Part shown: piece by piece, positions 38,071 through 47,747 of the stretch
Numbering within the stretch: position 1 is the first letter of the stretch
Layout of the letters: each line of letters starts with the position of its first letter
NCBI GenBank assembly: GCA_963809325.1
Contig: CAWEIZ010000002.1
Span: 609,745 to 673,744, forward strand
DNA length: 64,000 nt
Reading direction: 5' to 3'
DNA from: an uncultured Actinomycetes bacterium
Lineage (GTDB): Bacteria; Actinomycetota; Thermoleophilia; Gaiellales; JAICJC01
Program-made: the position numbers and the translations under genes
The notes under the pieces: generated by a model
Told to the model about the DNA's origin: nothing
The model's input: only the letters and a program-made list of their open reading frames with translations
Database searches by the model: none

Positions 38071-39060
38071 ATGGCGAACGTCCGGATCGGTGTCATGAGC
38101 GCGGCGAACATCGGCCGCAAGGTCGTCATCCCGGCGATCCTCCGCGCCGAGAACGCCGAGCTCGTCGCGCTCGCGAGCTCGGGCGACGCCGGAGCGGCGT
38201 TCCTGCGCGAGACCGAGCTCGACCTTCGCCTCCACGGCTCCTACGACGAGCTCCTCGCCGACCCGGGGGTGGACGCCGTCTACATCCCGCTCCCGAACCA
38301 CCTCCACAACGAGTGGTCGAAGCGGGCGGCCGACGCCGGCAAGCACGTGCTGTGCGAGAAGCCGGCCGCGCTCGATGCGGCCGAGACGGCCGACATGATC
38401 GAGCATTGCGTCGCCCGCGGCGTCGTGTGGATGGAGGCCTTCATGTACCGCTTCCACCCGCAGTGGGAGGCGGTGCGGCGGCTGCTCGGCGAGGGCGCGG
38501 TCGGCGAGCTGCGGACCGTGCGCGCCGTCTTCACGTTCACCGTGCGCGACCCCGCCAACATCCGCCGCCGGCCCGAGTACGGCGGCGGGTCGCTCTACGA
38601 CGTCGGCTCCTACTGCGTGAACGTCTCGCGGTGGATCTTCGGCCGGCCGCCCACGGCCGTCACCGGGATCTCGCACGTGAGCCCGGAGGGCGTCGACGAA
38701 GACTTCCTCGGCGTCCTCGACTTCGGCTCGGGCCAGGCGGCCCAGTTCGTGAGCAGCCTCTCGCAGCCGTACCGCCATGAGGTGCAACTCCTCGGGACCG
38801 AGGGCACGATCACGGTTCCGCAGGCATTCGTGCTGCGAAGCGACGACGTCGCAGTGGAGTGCACCGACGCCGACGGGCAGACTCGCTCGGTGGCGGTCGC
38901 AGGGGACGACGAGTACCGGCTCGAGGTCGAGGACTTCGCCCGGTGCGTCCTCGAAGGGTCACAGCCGCAGGTCGTCTCGCACGAGGACACGCTCTGGAAC
39001 ATGCGGACGATCGACGCGCTCTACGCCTCGGCCCGCGAGGGCCGCGCCGTCCGCCTCTAG
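38071..39060 (+). CDS. Gfo/Idh/MocA family oxidoreductase
   Basis: VRIGVMSAANIGRKVVIPAI...DAVYIPLPNHLHNEWSKRAADAGKHVLCEKP. Confidence 0.85.
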   Translation: MANVRIGVMSAANIGRKVVIPAILRAENAELVALASSGDAGAAFLRETELDLRLHGSYDELLADPGVDAVYIPLPNHLHNEWSKRAADAGKHVLCEKPAALDAAETADMIEHCVARGVVWMEAFMYRFHPQWEAVRRLLGEGAVGELRTVRAVFTFTVRDPANIRRRPEYGGGSLYDVGSYCVNVSRWIFGRPPTAVTGISHVSPEGVDEDFLGVLDFGSGQAAQFVSSLSQPYRHEVQLLGTEGTITVPQAFVLRSDDVAVECTDADGQTRSVAVAGDDEYRLEVEDFARCVLEGSQPQVVSHEDTLWNMRTIDALYASAREGRAVRL

Positions 39061-39187
39061 GCATCGCGGGGGAACCCAGGGTTCCCCCGCGGGCCCCCTC
39101 CATAACGGGTGGCGACCGTTGCCGCGCGGCGGCGAAGAGCGCGGTCTTCGCCGCCGCCACGACCGCCGCGGGCGATGAAACGGCCAT

Positions 39188-39238
39188 GCCTGATGCCAAT
39201 GTTTCAGCCTCGCCGTGAAACATTGGCATCAGGCACCG
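39188..39238. repeat. copy 2 of the intergenic repeat, here as a 19-bp perfect inverted repeat (GCCTGATGCCAATGTTTCA-N9-TGAAACATTGGCATCAGGC) between convergent genes
   Basis: Read directly; the right arm plus flank is identical over 24 nt to 10803-10826. Confidence 0.65.
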
Positions 39239-39270
39239 CTGTTGCAGCCGACCCCGTGGTTCGCCGGGTG

Positions 39271-40389
39271 CTACGCCTCCAGCGGCAGTCCCACCCAGCC
39301 GCGCTCGTGGTGGGAGCGCTCGACGGCGTTGATGACCTCCTGCACCCAGGCGGCGTCGGCGAATCCGCCCTCGTTCTCCCTGCCCGCCAGGATCTCGTCG
39401 ACGAAGTTCGCGGTGAGGTTCGAGTAGTAGAGCGTCGGCCAGTCCTCGTGGACAGATCCGCCCGGCGGGTAGAGCCGCTCGGGGACCTCGACCGGCTCGA
39501 ACTCGACGGCATCGGGCTTCGCCGACCGGAGCGTCTCGGCGACGCCGTGCTCCTCGACCAGGCGGGCGATCAGCGCGCCCTCGCTGCCGTACACGCGCAC
39601 CTCGATGCCGGGATAGTTCCCGACGGTGACGAAGCTCGACTGCACCGAGCAGATCGCGCCGCTTGCGAACTCGCCGATGAAGATGTCGCCGTCGTCGATG
39701 TTGGCCCGGGTCATGAGGCCGGTCTCGCGGATGACCCGCTCGGGCACGAAGTTGCGAAGGACGCCGACGACCGCGGTCAGGTCGGACGCCATGAACCAGT
39801 GGCCGAGGTCGATCACCGGCGCGCCGTAGCCCTCGAGCGACGAGACGACGATGCGGTCGGCCTCGGGGTCGGGCGCCACCTGCCGGAGCGGCGTCTGGGG
39901 GTCGATCCACTGCGAGTTCTGCTCGTAGGCGTTGTAGATGTACGGCGTGCCGACGAAGCCCTCGTTGATGAGCTCCTTCATGTACCGCACGGCCGGGCTG
40001 TAGCGGAACGTGAACCCGACCTTCGTGCCGAGCCCCTTCGACGCCGCCAGGTCGCGTGCGCGCAGGGTGTCGCGGTAGTCGTGCGCCACCGGCTTCTCGC
40101 AGAGCACGTGCTTGCCCGCCTCGAGCGCCGCCATGGTGAGCGTGAAGTGCTCCTCGTCGCCCGTCACGACGTCGATGACGTCGATGTCGTCGCGCTCGAT
40201 CACGCGCCGGTGGTCGGAGACGGCCTCGCCGACACCGAACCTGTCCGCCGCCGTCCGGGCCAGGTCGGGATCGGAGTCGCACACTGCGACCACGCGGCAG
40301 CGCTCGTCGCGCGTCCATCCGGGCAGGTGGGCCCAGTTCGCCCACCTCCCGCACCCGATCACGCCGATCCGTAGCTCTGCTCCGGCCAT
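39271..40389 (-). CDS. Gfo/Idh/MocA family oxidoreductase
   Basis: GGGAGGA RBS; LRIGVIGCGRWANWAHLPGW...GKHVLCEKPVAH. Confidence 0.85.
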   Translation of the reverse strand: MAGAELRIGVIGCGRWANWAHLPGWTRDERCRVVAVCDSDPDLARTAADRFGVGEAVSDHRRVIERDDIDVIDVVTGDEEHFTLTMAALEAGKHVLCEKPVAHDYRDTLRARDLAASKGLGTKVGFTFRYSPAVRYMKELINEGFVGTPYIYNAYEQNSQWIDPQTPLRQVAPDPEADRIVVSSLEGYGAPVIDLGHWFMASDLTAVVGVLRNFVPERVIRETGLMTRANIDDGDIFIGEFASGAICSVQSSFVTVGNYPGIEVRVYGSEGALIARLVEEHGVAETLRSAKPDAVEFEPVEVPERLYPPGGSVHEDWPTLYYSNLTANFVDEILAGRENEGGFADAAWVQEVINAVERSHHERGWVGLPLEA

Positions 40390-41397
40390 GCATCCTCCCT
40401 TCGGGTCTCTTCGTGGCGCCAGCACCGGGCCGTGTGACCGTCGGCGCCGGCGGATAGCAGCTCGGTCTCCCATGCCCGGCACTGGTCGAGCGCGAGCGGG
40501 CAGCGCGGCGCGAACCGGCACCCGTCCGGCACGTCGACGAGCGCCGGCGGGGCCCCGCCGATCGAGCGCAGGTAGCGGCTCTGGGAGTTCACGTCCGGCA
40601 GTGAGCGCAGGAGCGAGATCGTGTACGGATGGCTGGGCTCGCCGAGGAGCGTGGCGGTGTCGGCCAGCTCGACGATCTCGCCGGCGTACATCACCGCGAC
40701 CCGGTCGCACATCTCGCCGATCACGCCCAGGTCGTGGCTGACCAGGATCATGCTCATCCCGAAGTCACGCTGGAGCTCGAGCAGGAGGCTCAGGATCTGG
40801 TCCTGGATCAGGACGTCGAGGGCGGTGGTCGGCTCGTCGGCGAGCAGCACCTTCGGGCGGCCGGCGATCGCCATCGCGATCAGGACGCGCTGGCGCATAC
40901 CGCCTGAGAACTGGTGTGGGTAGTCGCGCATCCGCCGCTCCGGGACGGGGATCCCGACGCGCTCCAGGAGCTCGACTGCCCGCGTCCGCCGCTCGCGCCC
41001 GGAGAGGCGCTCGTGGGCGCCGACCGCCTCCTCGACCTGGGCCCCCACGCGCATGACCGGGTTGAGCGCGCTCATCGGGTCCTGGAACACCATCGAGAGG
41101 TGCGCGCCGCGCATCCGCTGGAGCTCGGTCGCCGAGAGCGTGAGCAGGTTGCGGTCGCCGTACCCGGCGAGGCGCACGTTCCCCGTCGAGCGGGCGGGGG
41201 GAGACGGCATGAGCCCGGCGATCGTCCGGCACGTGACGCTCTTGCCGCAGCCGCTCTCGCCGACGAGCCCGAGGATCTCGCCGCTCGCCGACGGCGAACG
41301 ACACGCCGTCGACCGCGCGGACGACGCCGGCGTCGGTCGCGATGTACGTGCGCAGGTCCTCGACCTCGAGCACGGGCGGCGCCGAGGGGTCAGTCAC
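40359..41397 (-). pseudogene. ABC transporter ATP-binding protein (DppD/OppD type), +1 frameshift near 41281-41284 as assembled
   Basis: MTDPSAPPVLEVEDLRTYIATDAGVVRAVDGVSFAVGE runs in one frame. GEILGLVGESGCGKSVTCRTIAGLMPSPP...FSGGMRQRVLIAMAI...ADEPTTALD follows in the next frame. Confidence 0.75.
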
Positions 41398-42268
41398 CGG
41401 GCCTGAGGATGTCCGCGAGGCCGTCGCCGATCAGGCTGAACCCGACGCCGACGAGGATGATCGCAATGCCCGGGAAGGTCGAGAGCCACCACGCGGTCAG
41501 GAGGTAGTTCTGGCCGTCCGAGATCATGACGCCCCACTCCGGCGACGGCGGCTGTGCCCCGAGGCCCAGGAAGCCGAGCGACGATCCCAGCACGATGTTC
41601 CCGACAGCGTCGACCATCGCGAAGATGATCACGTAGGAGACGACGTTGGGCAGGATGTGGCGGAGCACCACACGCCGGTTCCTGTAGCCCAGCGCTCGGG
41701 CGGCCAGCGTGTACTCCTGGCGCTTGGCGACCAGGGTGTGGCCGCGGGTGATGCGGGCGTAGCTGATCCAGCTCGTGAGCCAGATGGCGACGAACATGTT
41801 GAAGATGCTCGGCCCGAGCATGGCCACGATCGCGATCACGAGCACGAAGAACGGGAACGCGAAGAAGAGGTCGACGATGCGCATGATGACCGTGTCGACC
41901 CAGCCGCCGGAGTACCCGGACGTCAAGCCGATCACGGTGCCGACCACCGCGGTCACGGACGTCGCTCCGAACGCAATCAGGAGGTCGATGCGGCCGCCGT
42001 ACAGGATCCGGGAGAAGATGTCCCGCCCGAACGAGTCGGTGCCGAGCACGTGGCCCGGCGAGAGCGGGTGCAGGAGCGGGTGCAGCGGGTCGATGGCATC
42101 GGGCTTGTAGCTCGTGATGAGCGGCGCGGCCAGCGAGGCCACGATCATCGTGCCCAGGATGACGAGGCCCGCCGCCAGCGTGACCCGGCCCCGGCCGAAC
42201 CGGCGCGTGCGGGAGCGCCGCTCCAGCGACTCGAGCAGCATCCCCGATGTTCCGAAGGCCGTGCTCAT
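41390..42268 (-). CDS. ABC transporter permease (DppC type)
   Basis: VTLAAGLVILGTMIVASLAAPLIT...VLGTDSFGRDIFSR...; ATGA overlap upstream. Confidence 0.85.
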   Translation of the reverse strand: MSTAFGTSGMLLESLERRSRTRRFGRGRVTLAAGLVILGTMIVASLAAPLITSYKPDAIDPLHPLLHPLSPGHVLGTDSFGRDIFSRILYGGRIDLLIAFGATSVTAVVGTVIGLTSGYSGGWVDTVIMRIVDLFFAFPFFVLVIAIVAMLGPSIFNMFVAIWLTSWISYARITRGHTLVAKRQEYTLAARALGYRNRRVVLRHILPNVVSYVIIFAMVDAVGNIVLGSSLGFLGLGAQPPSPEWGVMISDGQNYLLTAWWLSTFPGIAIILVGVGFSLIGDGLADILRPGD

Positions 42269-43209
42269 TCGTAGGTCACCCGCGGATCGAGTGCCGCGTG
42301 GACGACGTCGGTCAGCAGGTTCACGACGACGACGGTGAATGCGAGCACGAGCGTCGTCCCCTGCACGACCGGGTAATCGCGCGACGAGACCGAGTCGACG
42401 AGGAGCTGGCCGAGGCCGGGGATCGAGAACACGTTCTCGACGAGAACCGTGCTCCCGATCAGGAAGGCGAGGTTGATGCCGAACACGACAACGATGGCGA
42501 CGATCGCGTTTCGCACGACGTGACGTAGGAGGACCGTCGTCCGCGAGATGCCCTTGATCCGGGCGGTGTCGACGAAGTCCATCCGGAGCGTCGAGAGCAT
42601 GCTGGCCCGCAGCGTGCGGGTGAGGATGGTCGAGAACGCGAGCGCGATCGTGAGCGCCGGCAGGAACAGGTGCCACAGGTGGTCGGTCAAGCCGTTCCCG
42701 TAGCCCGAGACGGGGAAGAGCTGGAGCTTCAGGGCGAAGACGAGCAGCAGGATGATCCCGAACCAGAACGGCGGCATCGCGAACGTGATGAGCGTCCCGA
42801 CCCGAGTCGCCTGGTCGAAGATGCCGCCCCGCCTGAGCGCCGAGATGATGCCCATCGGGATCGAGATCAGCGCCGCCAGCACGCCCGCGTAGGCGATCAG
42901 GAACATCGTGGCCGGGAGGCGCTCGGCGATCAGCGACCGCGCGGACTGGTTGTAGTAGACCGAGTCGCCCAGATCGCCGTGGACGAGCCGGTCCATGAAG
43001 ATCTTGTACTGCTGCCAGAGCGGCTGGTCGAGGCCGAGCTTGTGGTGGATCTCGGCCGCCGCCTTGGGCGTGTAGTGCTGGCCCAGGATCTGGCGGGCCG
43101 GGTCACCCGGGACCAGGTGCAGCAGGAAGAACACCAGGATGGTGATCCCGAGCACCACAGGGATGAGCTGGAGCACCCTGCGGCCGAGGAACCCGAACCG
43201 CCCGGTCAC
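42265..43209 (-). CDS. ABC transporter permease (DppB type)
   Basis: FLGRRVLQLIPVVLGITILVFFLLHLVPGDPA...DTARIKGISRTTVLLRHVVRNA. Confidence 0.85.
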   Translation of the reverse strand: MTGRFGFLGRRVLQLIPVVLGITILVFFLLHLVPGDPARQILGQHYTPKAAAEIHHKLGLDQPLWQQYKIFMDRLVHGDLGDSVYYNQSARSLIAERLPATMFLIAYAGVLAALISIPMGIISALRRGGIFDQATRVGTLITFAMPPFWFGIILLLVFALKLQLFPVSGYGNGLTDHLWHLFLPALTIALAFSTILTRTLRASMLSTLRMDFVDTARIKGISRTTVLLRHVVRNAIVAIVVVFGINLAFLIGSTVLVENVFSIPGLGQLLVDSVSSRDYPVVQGTTLVLAFTVVVVNLLTDVVHAALDPRVTYE

Positions 43210-43233
43210 GTCCCTCTCCCTTCTGGCGCGAGC

Positions 43234-44835
43234 TTAGTGCTGGTCGACGGTGAGCGTCTCCAGCGACAGATTGTAATTCCCGAGCGGCGTGGCGTGGAAG
43301 CCGTGCACCCACTTGCCCGCCGCGTACCGGTAGGGGCTGTAGTCGAGGATGAGGTACGGCGTCTGGTCGTAGACGATCTGCTGGATCTGCTCGTACATCT
43401 GCCGGCGCTTGTCCGGGTCGAGCTCGCCCCGTGCCTGGTGGACGAGCTTGGTCGCCGTCGGGTCGCCCCAGTAGGAGCTGAACGCGTTCGCACCGCCGTT
43501 GGGATCGACGCCGAACGTGGTCACCTCGTCGGGATCGATGATGTCGTTCGTCCAGTAGCGCTGACCCATCTGCGAGTTCCCGCCGTCCTCCTTGCCGTAT
43601 GCGGTCAGAAGCTCGTAGGTCTTGATGTCGACGTCGATGCCGATCTTGGCGAGGTCCGACTTGATGACCACCGCCGTTGCGTTACCGGCAACGTCATTTG
43701 CCACTTCGATAAGAAACGTCTTGAACCCGTTGGGGTAACCCGACTGCGACAGGATCTCCTTCGCCTTCGCCGGATCGTATGGATACGGCTTCAGCGAGTC
43801 GTTCCAGAACTGCATCTTGTACGGCATGAACGATGACCCCGGCGTCGCATGGCCGGAGTACGCAAGCTTCACAATTGCGTTGCGGTCGATCGCATAGTTC
43901 AACGCCTCGCGCACCTTCGGATCCTTGAACGGCGCGAAGTGCTCGTCGAGCTGGATGAAGTCGACGCGTGTCGACGGGAAGAGATACGTCTGGAGATCGG
44001 GATTCGCGCTCAGCTCGTTGATGAGGTTCCCGGGCGGGTTCTCGATGATGTCCGCGTTCTTGTTCTGAAGCAGGAGCACGCGCGAGTTGTCGTTGGGCAC
44101 GATCATGATCTTGAGCGTCGAGAACTGGGGCTTCGGGCCGGCCCAGTGAGGGTTCACCTTGAACGTGAGATCGCTGCCCTTGTTCCACTGCGTGAGCATC
44201 CACTCGCCGCTTCCGATCGGGTGCTGGAAGAAGTCCTTGGCGCCCTGCTGCTTCACGAGCTGCTCGGGAATCACGGCATAGGCGTACATGGCGAGGTCGG
44301 CCAGGAGCGGCGCGTGCGGCCGGGACAGGGTGATGACGACCGTCTTCGGGTCGGGCGCCTCGACCGACTTCACGGCCTCGAGCAGGAACCCCCAGCCGCC
44401 GTCGTAGTGGATGGAGCGCTCGATCGAGTAGCGCACGTCCTCGGCCGTGACCGGGGTCCCGTCGGAGAACTGGTGGTCGCCGAGGTGGAAGGTGTACGTG
44501 AGCCCGTCATCCGAGATGTCCCACGACGTGGCCAGCTGCGGGATGACGTCGGTGCCGTTCGCGTTCGGCTGGAGGAGCCGCTGGTAGATGTTCTGGGTCA
44601 TCCAGATGCTCTCGTTGACCGAGTTCGCGGCCGGGTCGAGCGTGTCGACGTTCACCGCGTTGGCGATCACGAGCGTGTCGCTCTTGGCCGTGCTCCCTCC
44701 GGCGCCGGTCGATCCACCGCCTCCGCCGCAGCCGGCGGCGAGCACAACCGTCGCGAGGGCCGCGAGCACGGCTGCACGCCGTGCGCGCCACGCGCGGTGG
44801 GGGCTGATCGTCGGCGTGTCCGGGAGGTCGGCCAT
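43234..44835 (-). CDS. ABC transporter substrate-binding lipoprotein (family 5)
   Basis: ...AAVLAALATVVLAAGCGGGGG lipobox; family-5 SBP body. The start is ATG 44835 or 44850. Confidence 0.8.
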   Translation of the reverse strand: MADLPDTPTISPHRAWRARRAAVLAALATVVLAAGCGGGGGSTGAGGSTAKSDTLVIANAVNVDTLDPAANSVNESIWMTQNIYQRLLQPNANGTDVIPQLATSWDISDDGLTYTFHLGDHQFSDGTPVTAEDVRYSIERSIHYDGGWGFLLEAVKSVEAPDPKTVVITLSRPHAPLLADLAMYAYAVIPEQLVKQQGAKDFFQHPIGSGEWMLTQWNKGSDLTFKVNPHWAGPKPQFSTLKIMIVPNDNSRVLLLQNKNADIIENPPGNLINELSANPDLQTYLFPSTRVDFIQLDEHFAPFKDPKVREALNYAIDRNAIVKLAYSGHATPGSSFMPYKMQFWNDSLKPYPYDPAKAKEILSQSGYPNGFKTFLIEVANDVAGNATAVVIKSDLAKIGIDVDIKTYELLTAYGKEDGGNSQMGQRYWTNDIIDPDEVTTFGVDPNGGANAFSSYWGDPTATKLVHQARGELDPDKRRQMYEQIQQIVYDQTPYLILDYSPYRYAAGKWVHGFHATPLGNYNLSLETLTVDQH

Positions 44836-45077
44836 GGTGGATCCTTTCATGCGAGCGACCAAAGGTATGCTTGTGCCGGAAAGATGTACGAATGCACCGA
44901 AGAAATCCTTATGCTTCTTGGGTGTAACCGTTCTTCGGTGTCGACTCATACGAATCCGTCCCGCGACGCGGCCGAGTGTATGAGCGGCGGGTCGGAGGTG
45001 TCAAGGGTTCGGGACGCCGTTATGCTTGCGCCGCGCACGAGGGGAACCGCGAACGAGAGGACGGTGGGGAAGGCCGC

Positions 45078-45845
45078 TTGGCGCGTTTCGACGGGATGAC
45101 TGCGGCCGTGACCGGCGGCGCCAACGGCATCGGCCGCGCCGTCGCGGCGGGCTTCCTGGCCGAGGGCGCGAACGTGGTCGTGGTCGACCTGGTCGAGCCG
45201 CCGGAGACTTTGCGAGGCCCGCGCTTCGAGGCGATCGTCGGCGATGTGGCCGACGAGCGGGTCGCCGAGCGGACGGTCGGGACGGCGCTCGGCCGCTTCG
45301 GCGATCTCGACGTCCTGGTGAACGACGCGGCGGCCTACCCCGACGCGGCGCTCGTCGACATGGAGCCCGGCGACTGGCGGCGGGTGTTCGACGTCAACGT
45401 GACCGGCGTCTACCTGATGTGCCGGGCGTTCGCGCGCCACCGGATCGCCGCCGGCGGAGGCGGCCGCATCGTCAGCATCTCGTCGGGCTCGGCGCGCAGC
45501 CCCCGGCCCGAGGGCGCCGCCTACGCCGCGTCGAAGGCGGCGGTCGAGACGCTCTCGAAGACGCTCGCGCTCGAGCTCGGGCCGCACGGCGTGAACGTGA
45601 ACGTCGTCGCTCCCGGCTACATCGACGTCCGCGGGTGGAGCGACGCCTTTCCGAACCGGGCCACCGACGAGCTGCGGGCGTCGCTCGTCCGCTCGATCCC
45701 GCTCGGCCGCGCCGGCGAGCCCACCGACATCGCCGAAGCGGTGCTCTTCCTCTGCTCCGACGCGGCGGCGCACGTGTCCGGCGCGGTGCTCGACGTCGAC
45801 GGAGGCTCGCTCGCCGGCCGCTACGCCCTCTCCGAAGGATCCTGA
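45078..45845 (+). CDS. SDR family oxidoreductase
   Basis: AAVTGGANGIGRAVA...NDAA...SSGSA...YAASKAAVETLSK. The start is uncertain (TTG 45078 or ATG 45096). Confidence 0.8.
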   Translation: MARFDGMTAAVTGGANGIGRAVAAGFLAEGANVVVVDLVEPPETLRGPRFEAIVGDVADERVAERTVGTALGRFGDLDVLVNDAAAYPDAALVDMEPGDWRRVFDVNVTGVYLMCRAFARHRIAAGGGGRIVSISSGSARSPRPEGAAYAASKAAVETLSKTLALELGPHGVNVNVVAPGYIDVRGWSDAFPNRATDELRASLVRSIPLGRAGEPTDIAEAVLFLCSDAAAHVSGAVLDVDGGSLAGRYALSEGS

Positions 45846-45846
45846 C

Positions 45847-46881
45847 GTGGGCGGCGTCCGGGTGGTGATCACGAGCCCGCTCTCGCCCGAGAACGTGGCG
45901 GTGATCGCCGCCGCCGACCCGCGCCTCGACGTGGTCTACGAGCAGGATCTCATCCCCGCGCCCGAGTACCCCTCGGCGCATCCTCTGCCCGAGATCGCCG
46001 ACGAGCGGGCCGAGCGGCGGTGGATCGAGCTCCTCGAGAGCGCGGAGATCCTGTTCGACTTCGGCCCGCTCGCCCTCGCCGACCGGCTCGTGGAGTGGCC
46101 GCGACTGCGCTGGATCCAGGCCACGAGCGCCGGGGTCGGCCAGCTCGCGCGGCGGATCGGGCTGACCGAGCGGCGCGACGTCGTGGTCACGACGGCGAGC
46201 GGCGTCCACGCCCGCCCGCTGGCGGAGTTCGCGGTGCTCGCGATGCTGATGTTCGGCAAGGACGTCCTGCGCTACCAGGCCGACCAGCGCGCCCACGTCT
46301 GGCGCCGTCACGCCGGTGAGGAGGTCGCCGGCAAGGTGGTGGCCGTCGTCGGAGCGGGGCGGATCGGCCGCGAGGCGTCCCGGCTCCTGCGCGCCCTCGA
46401 CGCCCACGTCATCGGGGTCGTGCGCACGATCGCGGATCGCAGCCCGGCCGACGTCCACGCCGACGAGATCGCGGCGATCGACGACCTCGACGCCATCCTG
46501 CCGCGCCTGGACGCGGTCGTCCTGGCGACGCCCCACACGCCCGAGACCGACGGGCTGCTCGACGCCCGCCGCATCGGGCTTCTGCCCGAACGGGCGATCG
46601 TGGTGAACATCGCCCGCGGGGACGTCGTCGACGAGGCGGCGCTCGCCGGCGCGCTCGCGGCCGGCCGGCTGCGCGGCGCCGCGCTCGACGTGTTCACGAC
46701 CGAGCCGCCGCCCGAGTCGAGCCCGTTCTGGGACCTGCCGAACGTGCTCGTGAGCCCTCACTCGGCCAGCACGGTCGCCGACGAGAACGACCGGATCGTC
46801 GAGATCTTCTGTGAGAACCTGCACGCGTACCTGGCCGGCCGGCCGCTCCGCAACGTGCTCGACCCCGACCTGCTCTACTGA
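45847..46881 (+). CDS. D-isomer-specific 2-hydroxyacid dehydrogenase family protein
   Basis: VAVVGAGRIGREASRLL...VVNIARGDVVDEAAL...ALDVFTTEP...PNVLVSPHSA. Confidence 0.85.
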   Translation: MGGVRVVITSPLSPENVAVIAAADPRLDVVYEQDLIPAPEYPSAHPLPEIADERAERRWIELLESAEILFDFGPLALADRLVEWPRLRWIQATSAGVGQLARRIGLTERRDVVVTTASGVHARPLAEFAVLAMLMFGKDVLRYQADQRAHVWRRHAGEEVAGKVVAVVGAGRIGREASRLLRALDAHVIGVVRTIADRSPADVHADEIAAIDDLDAILPRLDAVVLATPHTPETDGLLDARRIGLLPERAIVVNIARGDVVDEAALAGALAAGRLRGAALDVFTTEPPPESSPFWDLPNVLVSPHSASTVADENDRIVEIFCENLHAYLAGRPLRNVLDPDLLY

Positions 46882-46883
46882 CC

Positions 46884-47747
46884 GTGACCGCCTCCGCCGC
46901 ACCTCGCACGAACAGCGACCGGCTCGTGACGCTGGGCATCGGCGCGCGGGTGAGCCATCCGACGGGCGACGCGTGGAGCGTCGACTCCTACGGCCGGCCG
47001 ATCATCCTGCCGGGGATGGCCGGGGTCTGTTACAACGTCCGCGTCGGGAGCCCGGTCTTCACCTGGGCGGCGGATCACCTCGAGGCCGCGGTGTCGGCAG
47101 GCGGCGCGGGCCCTCCGCCGGATGCCGCCCTCCAGTTCCTGGCGTGCGTCGGGAACCCGGTCCGTGTGCTCACGGGGCCGGCGGCAGGCGGGACGGGGAC
47201 GGTCGTCGGCAAGCACGCCTTCGTGCTCATCGACTTCCCGCAGCAGACGCTCGACCTGCTCGGCCCCGGCGACCGGCTCCTCGTCCGCGCCCGCGGGCAG
47301 GGCCTGCGCCTGCTCGACTTCCCCGACGTGGCGCTGCGAAGCTGCAGCCCGGAGCTGCTCGACGCGCTCCCCGTGCGGGTCCGTGACGGCGCCCTCGAGA
47401 TCGCGGTCGCCGCCGAGATCCCGGCGTTCCTGATGGGGGCCGGCATCGGGATGAGCTCCGAGTGGGCGAACTGCGACGTGATGCTGACCCGGCCCGACTC
47501 GGTGGCCGACCTCGGATACGAGGGCCTGCGGATCGGCGACGTCGTCGCCATGACCGACCAGGATCACCGGTACGGGCGCGGGTCGCTCTCGGGGTCGTGT
47601 GCGATCGGCATCGTCGCCCACGGGATCGGCGTCATCCCCGGCCACGGAACGGGCGTCATCACGATCATGTCCGGGCCGCGCGACCGGTTCGCGCTCGAAG
47701 CCGATCGCAGCGCGAACGTCGGCACCAGCCTGGGGCTCCCGGCATGA
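46884..47747 (+). CDS. conserved hypothetical protein (possibly DUF4438 family), tandem paralog 1
   Basis: GVCYNVRVGSP...ACVGNPVRVLTGPAAGGTGTVVGKH...LGPGDRLLVRARGQG; paralogous to the next gene. Confidence 0.65.
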   Translation: MTASAAPRTNSDRLVTLGIGARVSHPTGDAWSVDSYGRPIILPGMAGVCYNVRVGSPVFTWAADHLEAAVSAGGAGPPPDAALQFLACVGNPVRVLTGPAAGGTGTVVGKHAFVLIDFPQQTLDLLGPGDRLLVRARGQGLRLLDFPDVALRSCSPELLDALPVRVRDGALEIAVAAEIPAFLMGAGIGMSSEWANCDVMLTRPDSVADLGYEGLRIGDVVAMTDQDHRYGRGSLSGSCAIGIVAHGIGVIPGHGTGVITIMSGPRDRFALEADRSANVGTSLGLPA

